Shown piece after piece: positions 26,263-37,253 of a DNA stretch of 64,000 nt (within the stretch, counting starts at the first letter, position 1; each line of letters opens with the position of its first letter). The position numbers and the translations under genes are program-made. Source of the stretch: Octopus sinensis (taxonomy: Eukaryota); the NCBI RefSeq assembly GCF_006345805.1, contig NC_043009.1, positions 70,246,001-70,310,000 on the forward strand, given 5' to 3'. A model generated the notes under the pieces. The model was not told where the DNA came from and searched no databases. It was given only the letters and a program-made list of their open reading frames with translations.

Positions 26263-28840
26263 ATTTAAATTGAAAGAAAAAGTAATGATTTTAATGCTAT
26301 TTTGTTTTCGTTTATATATTTCCTCGTTGCTCTGATATGATGTCTGTCTGCTGTAACAGCACAACACAACGGAATGAAACGAAAACAAATATCGAAAGGA
26401 AGAGAAATGAATGAAAAAAAAAAGATGGACCCATTTGTTTATTTGTTTGCAATTTCATTCTTCGCTTACATTTTTAATTAACTTCTCAGCAAGAGTGAGA
26501 CGTCGTTATGACGTGAACAAGTGTAAATGTATCTTCTTTAAGAAAAATAGACATTTGTATATTCTATATATTTCTCTTTCGATTATTTTTGTTATATGGC
26601 AAAATAACGTCTATGATTGTTTTTCAGGGTCCTGAGGATTATAAGAAGGCAAGTAAGTTATTCTTAGAGGGAATACACCGAAGAATATTCAGAGAGATCC
26701 CTCAAAACTCAATGTCTCCCTGATTCTTAAAACAGTTCCCTTTTCTTTCTTTCTCCCTCAGTCACTCTCCTGCAATCTACAAGCGTACACTCAGAGCAGA
26801 ACCCGTCACTCGGGCCATGCAAGTCACCCTCATCAATCCCTCAGTTCCTTTTTCAATTGATTTGTGTCAAAACTGATGATCATCGTTATCTGTCACCCAC
26901 CCCTTTCACTCGTGTCCACCACACTTGCCGTGCTTCATGGGCAGGGCCTGTGTCAAAGTGAAGATCATGACAATGGACTCAGTTCATACTTGCTTCCGTT
27001 CCACACGTGGCAGTTGCTGAGTAATATCACTCCAAAAGCAATAGACGGGAATACACACAAGATTTTGGGTAATTTCTCTTTTTAAAATGCTGACAAATTT
27101 CATTTAACCTGGAAATGCATTATAACAACACAGAAACTGTTTCAAGTTGAGCTAAAAAAATAAATACAGATCCCATATAAAATTATATTCTCATAAAATT
27201 TCATTAAATACACTTTTTTTTCTAATCAATTACGTTTTGTAATGTCGATTGCAGTATTCGGTTGCATTCAATAATCTTAGTATTTCTATCAAGAGCTAAA
27301 AGAGGCAAATCTCTGAAAAAAAGAAAAAAAAAATAGTTTACAGCTTATGAACTTGAAATGTTGTGCCTCAATGCACAAATTAAGAATGACCTAATCGTTG
27401 GAAAGCACAGGCATAGACTTTCTATGTGGATCTGTGGGAGTGCGTGTGTGCATGTATGTATCTCCAGAACATTTAAAATATTAACGAAAATATTATATTT
27501 CTTCTTATGTGTATCCAAATGCATAAAATATATCCGTGTAGGGATAAATAAATCGATTATCCTACATACATATGCATTATATATATATATATATTATATA
27601 TATATATATATATATATCGTGGTGTGTGTGTGTGTGTGAAATGCATTTTATATATTTCCCCATTGCTTCTCCTTCCAGCTGTGTATTAAATTAATCCCTA
27701 CAGCTCCATCATTTTGAGTTTTCATCAATTTCCTTTGCAGAATACTTCTTAATATTAATTACAATTTCGGACTCCTTTGCCAGCCCCACTCAAAGAATAT
27801 CCTTATCAAATCAATGAACGTGTAAACAGTATACTTTAGAAATTACATGCCTGCTCTACATCTCATCATATCATCTAGTGTGTGTGAGTGTGTGTGTGTG
27901 TATGTGTGTGTGTGTGTGTGTGTGTGTTTGTGAGGGTACGAGTGCATGTGTGTTTGTGTGTATTTGTGTATGATATCGTATCATAACGTATCACATCATA
28001 TTATATCAGCATATCATTTTATTCACTTCGTAAATAATTTCTATTTGATCGATTACTTAAGAGCTCAATTTTCTTGTATTTTCTATTCTTGTCTCTAACA
28101 CAAAGCTGGCGTGATGCAGCTACTTGCAACTACCTCTCTTCTGTATATTTTATTATAAGGCTGCACCCATTTTGACATCTTACTTTTAGAGACGTCAAAT
28201 TTACTTTCCCACTGGGTTTCTTTCTTTCTTATCCTGTAATGGTTGGTAGGGGATAGTTATTTACCGATCTTATTTGCATGCACCCCTACCATTCTACGTA
28301 TCAATGTCTAATAATTTGCCTTTGGGATGGATTTAATATTCCTACACACGCACACACACATGCACACACATCACACACACACAAACACACACACACACAT
28401 AGACACTACTCGCACACACACGCTTACAAACAATAAACATTATGTACGTGTATGTGTGTGTGTGTGTGTGTGTGTACATATATAAAACATTTATATTTAT
28501 AAATACTCAGGGGTGAGTATATACTGGTATAATGCATATTTGCGTATATGTATTAATACTTATTCAACGCATTCACTTGCATAATTACACACACATATAT
28601 ATACATGAATATAATATATATATATATATATATATATTTGCATGTGTGTGTATATATGTATATAGATAAATACATTCATATATATATGAATGTGTTTATT
28701 TACGTGTGTATATTATGCATTTATACATATGTATATATACATAAATGCATTCATATATATATGTGTATCTAATGTATATATATATGTATATGTATGTATA
28801 TTTATATATATATATATATATATAATATATTATATATATA

Positions 28841-28872
<32 letters not shown>

Positions 28873-29815
28873 CCGGTGTAAGCACGTGCACATAAATGTG
28901 AAATAAGGGGAAAAATTAGTCCTCAAATACAAGAGGTAGAGTAATATGCTTTATTAAAAGCAGCAGAAATATCACAAATACTGTCACTCAGAGTTTCACG
29001 TTCCCGTTCGTCGGACAGTTTTGTTCAAACCTTAGCCTGACTGCTACCATGAATTCTAACGAGTTTCCTCTGGAAAGAAAAAAAAAAAAAAACAAACATC
29101 AATTGGTTTATCAGGTGCTGAGGCGTGTATACATTTTTGGGGACACCTTGTATATATATTATGCATATTTGAATATGTTTGCTAAACCACTTTATCATTG
29201 TTCTTTTAAAGATAATGATAGCTTGTTTGAATTTTGAATTCTTATATATATATACTATTATATATATATATATATATAGATATATATATATATAATATAT
29301 ATATTATATACATATATAAAACAAAATAGAGTGAAAAAACTACAGAAGGCTTGTGTTATATGGTTAAAGAATATATTTAAATCGTTATGTTAGAAAAATG
29401 TTATAAAATTTTGCGTGTTTAACATTGATTTGGGAGAAATAACCGGGTCCGTATTTTCTTTTCAAATTTCTCAAATTTCTTTACCTATATTCTGTCATGT
29501 CTTCGCTATGTTGTGAAATATGGAGTTCTAGACAGGGGAAGGTAACCAGGGATTTTTTCGGTATAAGGGAGATAATCAGAAATGTTGGGAATGACTAGGT
29601 TTTATTAATTTAAAAGATTTGGTTTAGAAGGAATACAATATTACAAGTGATAGGTTTTGCTTTATATGTTTTTCAATGAAGTGAGTTTCCTCGTTTAAAA
29701 ATGTTAGAAATGGTTAAGTTTTGGCTTATATTTTTCAATAAAGTAGGTTTCCTTATTTAATCTAACTTGTGTTGGTGTTCCAATGGCACATTAATAAAAT
29801 GGAGATATTCACACC
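28873..29815 (-). mobile_element. Penelope-like element 3' end: GIY-YIG C-terminus plus 3' UTR/pseudo-LTR ending at (TA)n
   Basis: ISPFY*CAIGTPTQVRLNKETYFIEKYKPKLNHF* (stop at 29706-29704) has the E..FI....P.LN end typical of PLE endonucleases. Downstream are a hammerhead motif and AATAAA. Confidence 0.75.
28980..29019 (-). ncRNA. Minimal type I hammerhead-like motif, variant (U4C, G at position 17)
   Basis: ACTGT-CCGACGA-ACG(GGAA)CGT-GAA-ACTC(T)GAGT-G-ACAGT: stems I, II and III all pair. Confidence 0.65.
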
Positions 29816-30835
29816 ATTATCCTCTTCTTTACTTTCGCCCGACCCCACCATGAATACTGTTGGCCACTGTGCTCATTTCACAATGTATCATAGAAATTGA
29901 AGCACCTGAAACGTCAATTACAAAAAAGATTGACCTGTTGTTTACAGCCTCAGGAAGACATTTCCTCCAGCTGGCTAAAAATACACTGTCTGTGTCCAAT
30001 CAGTATTTCAGAAGAGAAATCATCGTTCCCATCCCTAGCCTTACGTGATGCACACGGACCCGTGTTTCTGGGTAATAACCCGTCACCAGCGCGTGGCAGT
30101 CACCAGCTAGGGATGTGAAATGATTCCAAACGCAAAACACAAAATGCCTTTTCCAGCGACAAATTGTCGCTGATCTTGAAAAAGGCGAAACAAATATTAA
30201 TAAATCTGAGAGTGAGATGTGAACTGTAGCAGCACGACATCGTAAGTATATTTTCCACATAAATGTGGTTGATCCATATGGGACGATGCGACTGTCGTTT
30301 ATAGCCCAAGGAAGACGTCTCCTCCAGCTGACTAACGACTCACTGTATCCGATCAGTATTTGCGAAGGGAAATCAACCTTCCCATCTCTAGCCTTACATG
30401 ATACACACGGACCCGGGTTTTTGACGCGGGCATATCTACACCGGAAAGTTCTCAGAATCCAGGAGCTGTATGCCTGAGAGACTTGCATGGTGTAGATGTG
30501 TCGTTAAAACAAAACCGGATCTCGACAGGAAAGACAGATGAGGGCAGCGTCTTCAAACTCCTTCACTGACCAAATGCCACATACTTGAGAATGTTTCAAA
30601 TAATAGCGTAGCTCAGTCAACTGAGGTGCTCCAGCAGGACCGCAGCTTTGATGCTGAAACATTTTTAAGATTTAAAGATTTATATATATATATATATATT
30701 TACATATAATATAAAATACACACATATATATCATATAGATATATGTATACATATATACATATTTATATTTACATACACACACACACACATATATATATAA
30801 TATATATATATATACATATACATATATACATAAAC

Positions 30836-30872
<37 letters not shown>

Positions 30873-31433
30873 ATATTATATAATATATATATAATGGCTG
30901 CCCCCTCGTTCTCGAATATGGCTATTGCACGAAGCTTAACTGTTATTGGTGCTGTGATCGAATGTGACTTTAATTTGCTTTTTAAGGCTACAGCCAGCCA
31001 TTCAGTTGAAACGCACAGGACCATCAACAATGTTGTTATCGTGCAATGCCTGTGCAAGAAGATTTCTTTTAAAGTGAGGAAAGGCTAAGCACTGAGTCAA
31101 TCTCACTCACTAAGCAACAGCAGCCATAATCCGAAAAGAAGAACAAGTCAACATCATCGGAAACCACTGAGACGCAGGTTTTATGTCGGAGTCATCCCAG
31201 TTACCTGAGTTACCTTTACCTAGAAGGATGCCCTAACAAAGGCTAGGAGTCCTTCACTCCCAACCGCGTGATCGAGTATTCAGTCCAATTATCTCTATGT
31301 CCCCGCACATGATACAGCCTTAAGCCATAAGAAAAAAATTACACATTTATTGGATGGCCGTTGACTCTCAAGAGTTCCTCCGCCATTTGTATATATATAT
31401 ATATATATATATATATACAAACTTTTAACTCCT

Positions 31434-31464
<31 letters not shown>

Positions 31465-31652
31465 TATATATATTATATATATATATATATATAATAATAT
31501 ATATATATATACGTATATATATACATATATATACGTATATATATGTGTGTGTGAGCGTGTGTGTAAATTCTCACTCATACACAAACACACACAAACACAA
31601 ACAAATGCACATACAGAGAGATAAACTGTTTTATGAAAATCTCACTTTGTGT

Positions 31653-31686
<34 letters not shown>

Positions 31687-32491
31687 CTGTGTGCGCGCGT
31701 GCGTGTGATGAAGAAAGGTGGGAGAAAGATTGAAATGCTCAATTTATGCAAAGTAATGGTTCTGTAGAATTCCATTCTTCTCCGTTTCATTTTCCTGATT
31801 GATGAGTGTTGTTTGTGCAGTCCAATGGTGGATCGTGTTTCTACTTTCGAAGTTTTTGTTATTGATGTAATTGTTATCGTTTGATGTTCTTGTTCATATT
31901 GTTATTGTCTTGAAAGAATTTATAAAATAGATGCTTCAAGCAGAGTGATCAAGGAATTAGAAGCTCAGGGCTATTCTATCGTGCCTTTGACCAAAGGAAT
32001 TCCAGCCGTGACCTTCCGTTCTCTAATTCATATGTTATATCTAAAACTACAGACTATAAGCTGTAATTTCGTTCGTTTATGGCAATAAAATGTGATTGAT
32101 GGGCAAATTGTCTTACATTTCTCGGGTCAAGCTACCCAAAGGGATTCCTCTCCTGTTGCTTTTTGCTGATTTCACTATTGCTTAGCCTCTGGTCAACTTT
32201 ATCACCAAAAATTTTCTGAACTTTACATTTTCTTATATTTTGTTGGAATATATACTGTACTGTGTGATTTGAGTGAATTTTGCTGCTTTTTCTATCATAT
32301 TGAGTGTATCCGCTGTAGCAGTTTTATTGCGTTTTTGTTCTTCTGGTTACTTGGCCTCACGTCCAACCTGGTGATACATACGTCCGATCAAACACCAAAC
32401 TGTCTTTTTCTCATAAATATAAAATCCATAGTCACATCATCCATCGTCAACTTTGTGAGACAGAAAACAATGGTTGAAGCTTTTCTTCTTT

Positions 32492-32536
<45 letters not shown>

Positions 32537-32537
32537 T

Positions 32538-32601
<64 letters not shown>

Positions 32602-33636
32602 TGTATATATCAATGTACATACACAGCGAATTGTAAACTCGAAGATAGCGATATAATTATAAAACATTTGACGCATATGTGTGTATGTATGTGTATCTGT
32701 GCCTGCATGCGTGTGTGTGCGCGCGCGCGTGTATCTGTGTGTTATATTTGATCTTTTTAAAGAATTTTTCATCTTTCCTTACTCCACTTTATTTTTAATT
32801 TACAACAACACGTTTAGCAACTCCCCCTTGATGATGCTTCTATATGTTCCCAATCTCAGTTTCCCATCGAACCCATGTAACGCCGTTTAGTCAATGAGAA
32901 GTGCATTACAACTGATGAAATCTGCAATGGTAGTTTAAATTTTTTTAAATTCTAAAGTATGGTAGATATAATGATATAATTTTGTGTGATATATTTCTAT
33001 AACTTGAATTTTGCTCTTAATACTTCTATAGTTATTGTATATAGTATAATTCTGTTATGAAAGGAGTTCAGGTGTCTCTTAAGTGCCCGGAGGATGCCAA
33101 ACCCTCACAACTAGAGCAGGACAGGGATGGCCAGAGACCTAAAGATCCTATGTATTGTAATAGATATGGTCTGCATAAATATGTCAGAGCTCAGAGATAT
33201 AGGCCCCATTGTACTCCAACACATTTACCTAGGAAGTGTGTTCGTTTCACTACACTGATAACCCTATGGTGCAGATGCACGTGACATATAAATCCGACTT
33301 CATATAACGATTAGATAACAAGACAATGATAAATGTGTTTAATATAGAGGCATCTATGAATAAATAGTTTTGGATACGAACACTGACTAATTTCAGTTTG
33401 AATAGTGAAGTTTGTTAACAAGTAGCTTTATATAGGTTTCCACTTTTCTATATAGATATCTATTAATATATGCTTCTTTGTATCTGCCGGTACATACATA
33501 CATACATACATACATACATACATACATACATACATACATACATACACATATATACATATATATTTGTATATATGTATATATATGTGTGTATGTGTGTTTC
33601 TGTGTGTGTGTGTATGTGCTATATATATATATATAT

Positions 33637-33668
<32 letters not shown>

Positions 33669-33670
<2 letters not shown>

Positions 33671-34188
33671 ACTAAGCAATAAGGGTTTAGCAACGAATTG
33701 CCTTACCACATACCGAATTTAGAAATAGCAGTCAAGGGTTATAGCTATTTCTTCTACTAAAAAGGGAGATCTCAGTAAAAAATTGAATTCGGTGATACCA
33801 GTTGCGGATTTCTAGCTCGCTCTGATACTGAGTTGAGTTGGTGCCTTCTGGTATCTCAAAATTCAATATATAATCATTTATGATTATAGTATTCTACGCT
33901 GAAGAGAAAAGAAGTTTCGGTAAGATAGAATTATTTATATTTAATATTTAATTCTTATGCTTTCCTAAAAACTTGATTTCGAAACGTACGTCCGTGGATA
34001 ACTAAAAAAAATGTATGATAGATTGCAGTCAATTCATTCTCTCTTACCTGTTTGTGTCTGCCTTCCAAATGCTGTTTTTACTGAGATCTCCCTTTTTAGT
34101 AGAAGAAATAGCTATAACCCTTTGACTGCTATTTCTAAATTCGGTATGTGGTAAGGCAATTCGTTGCTAAACCCTTATTGCTTAGTAT
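33669..34188 (+). mobile_element. Non-coding cassette B: 113-bp terminal IRs enclosing a hammerhead; abuts (TA)n
   Basis: 33669-33781 is the reverse complement of 34075-34188 apart from one indel; no ORF. Confidence 0.9.
33893..33998 (+). ncRNA. Canonical type I hammerhead ribozyme with 75-nt stem II; predicted GUC cleavage after 33992
   Basis: TCTACG-CTGAAGA-G[AAA..long hairpin..TTT]C-GAA-ACGTACGT-C-CGTGGA. The core is complete, G10.1-C11.1 is present, stem III is palindromic and stem I has 6 bp. Confidence 0.85.
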
Positions 34189-34294
34189 TACTTAAATTTT
34201 CCTCGAATGAGGCTTTTACATGCCGAAGACTACTTGGTGTAATTGATAATTTTTCCAAATTAATTAATTTCACCCTTCATTATTACGGATAACC

Positions 34295-34326
<32 letters not shown>

Positions 34327-34877
34327 GTATGTATTTATGTGTTTGTGCGTGTGTATTTGTGTATGTTTCAGATTATTGATATTTCAATAATGTTTTGTTT
34401 CGTTATGATAATAAGCTATAAAGCAGATCAATGATATTGTTTTTAGCCACCTCATCAGCAGACGACGACTATAAGTATTATGCCTACATAACAAATATTC
34501 CCCCTGGAAGGAATGAAAAAGAACAGCTGTAGAAGCGGCGCATTTTAATATTGTTTAGATTGTCACTACCAGCTAAGCACTTTTTTTTCAACTATTCAAG
34601 AACATGATCAAGCTCCAGCTTGACCTTGTCTTCATAAACTGCTTGGTCATTGAGTACATTTCATTTACAGCTACCATCAGACAAAAGGGTTTCTAATGAT
34701 TTTCCATCGGCACAATATAACTCGCAAGATGTGGGTCGACCCAAGGCTAAGAAAACGTCCGAATTATTCGAAAGCAGACGCTTGGCTATACTGCGCAAAT
34801 ACATATTTTAACTGTTACCTAAATATATTAGTTATCAAGTAAACGTATATCCATTTATACGTATATACATTTATAAA

Positions 34878-34912
<35 letters not shown>

Positions 34913-34922
34913 TTTATAGAAG

Positions 34923-34975
34923 GAGCTTCTACAGGACTAGAACTGTTTCATTCAAAAGAAATCATCAGGAAGCTC
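34923..34975 (-). ncRNA. Type I hammerhead ribozyme (GUA site)
   Basis: GAGCTTC-CTGATGA-T-TTC(TTTT)GAA-T-GAA-ACAG(TTCTAGTC)CTGT-A-GAAGCTC. Confidence 0.8.
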
Positions 34976-34977
34976 CT

Positions 34978-35030
34978 GAGCTTCCTGATGATTTCTTTTG
35001 AATGAAACAGTTATTGTCCTGTAGAAGCTC
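34978..35030 (+). ncRNA. Type I hammerhead ribozyme (GUA site)
   Basis: GAGCTTC-CTGATGA-T-TTC(TTTT)GAA-T-GAA-ACAG(TTATTGTC)CTGT-A-GAAGCTC. Confidence 0.8.
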
Positions 35031-35114
35031 CTTCTATAAAATAAATTAATTTACTCTGCTATGTATTGAGTACCTTATTTACTGTGGTTAACCCCGACTC
35101 AACCCGGGACCTAC

Positions 35115-35145
<31 letters not shown>

Positions 35146-36065
35146 TTCACATATATATATATATATACATATATATACATATACATTTTTAAATGCATAC
35201 ATACATACATACAGATATCTACATAAATTGACCCCACATACATACACTCCAACATACATGCATTCTTACACACATACATGCACAGATGCGTACAGATATG
35301 ATTTTGGATGAATACATTTATTACACACACACACACACACACTCATTTATATATATATAATACATAGGCACGCATACCTATGTAGATATAGTATAACTTT
35401 ACAAACATATATTTTGAGGTGTGGTTTGAAGGCTTCATTATCAGAAATCTCTTACGTTTCAGACGATTCTACTACACGTATTTTCGTACTTGTTCTTCTC
35501 ACTAAATGCCATTTTCTGGTGAATGTGGACTGACACCGTTTGTAGCTGAGACATTACATAACAAACGAAAGACAGATATAAAAACATTTATATCGATTAC
35601 TAAAGCTATATTGATTTTTAAAGATTGATGGGTTGGCAAGAAACAATTATTTATCTAGACGGAAAGGCGACGAACGAAAATAGTAAGACACCCGGTTTAA
35701 ATGAATTGCGGTATTTAATGATGCAGAGTACAAACCAGATCGTACTCAATATCAAATGAATACCTGTTTCTGCTAGCCTTGAAGCAGGAAACATTACCCA
35801 TGGCGCTTCAGCCACGACCATTTCATCGTTTATGCCGCTAATGCAGTGTATATATAAGAATAGGTTTTACAATGAACCCCCATTTTATAATACGCTAGAC
35901 TATGCTTAAGGAGCTTGTCTCCCTTGTCAGTCGGTAGATAAGCTCTTTTGTAACAGAAAATGTTTTGTTCGTGGCTAAGTGTTGTTTTAACTCTCAATTC
36001 TAGCAATGCTGGTGCTTACTTCCACCTTTAATTACTGTTAGTACTTCCGTATATATATATATATA

Positions 36066-36330
36066 TATAATCAAAATAAGCAACAAGGATATCCAAGGTA
36101 GTGTAGTACAATTGTTTCATGCTACCTCATTTTATTAAACACTGTATTATATGTTTTAAAATGTCAAGCAATCTTCAGCCACATATAGAATTTTTTAATT
36201 AAACGAACAATGCACATTCTTATACTTATTTTAAAACTGATGTAATACCTACAGTCTTTAATAAAATGAAGCAGCATGAAACAATTGTACTACTCTACCT
36301 TGGATATGTTTGTTGCTTATTTTGATTATA
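36066..36330 (-). mobile_element. Non-coding cassette C: ~80-bp terminal IRs plus a hammerhead; abuts (TA)n
   Basis: 36066-36146 is an imperfect reverse complement of 36250-36330. Confidence 0.85.
36102..36183 (-). ncRNA. Type I hammerhead ribozyme with extended stem II (GUA site)
   Basis: TGTGG-CTGAAGA-T-TGCT[..CATTTTAAAACA..TGTTTAATAAAATG..]AGCA-T-GAA-ACAATTGT-A-CTACA; stem III is the palindrome ACAATTGT. Confidence 0.8.
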
Positions 36331-36993
36331 ATCCCCCATTTGATTTATATGAATAACACCATACTAAATTCTGGTGCCTTTAACTTAAGTACCATATTCA
36401 TCTGAATCTAAATTTTGCTGAACTTATATATATATATATATATATATATTTGCCATTTTGGAGGTTGATGTTTTTATTCCTATTTTTATCAACCTCTCAT
36501 TCTTTGTGCGCCTCCTATATTCATTACGCATAACTCTTTACATGTAATCTTTATTTATGTCTAATTTTATATGTATTTTCATATTTCTTCTATATTTTTG
36601 TGTATGTTTCTTTTTATTCTTTATACCCTTGGAGAATCTTCACGCCTCTACACGCATGATTTATGTTGATGTTTCATAAATATATACGATTCAATTACAT
36701 TGATTGGATATCTTCGTTTATGCGTTCGGGAATCTGTTTGCCGGATTTGCGTTTTCAATGTCCCCTACTCTGTAGTTTTTTGCATTAGCTCTCTATGAGC
36801 ACTCTGTAAATAGCCCGTACTTTCTATAACATACTTCTTTCTTTCTTCAATTCTTTCTTTCTTTCTTCCTTTCTTTCTCTCTGTGTGTGTATATATATAT
36901 ATGCATGTAAATAAATATACATATGTGTCTGTATATGTGTATATATATATGTATGTATATATATTATATATATATGTACATATATGTATATAT

Positions 36994-37027
<34 letters not shown>

Positions 37028-37031
37028 ACAT

Positions 37032-37104
<73 letters not shown>

Positions 37105-37155
37105 GTATATATAATATGTATATATATATATATATATTATATATATATATGTATG

Positions 37156-37253
<98 letters not shown>

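Larger units (their letters stand above)
34912..35041. repeat. Palindrome D (64-bp arms, 2-nt loop) made of two head-to-head hammerheads; near (TA)n
   Basis: 34912-34975 is the reverse complement of 34978-35041 with 2 mismatches. Confidence 0.9.
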
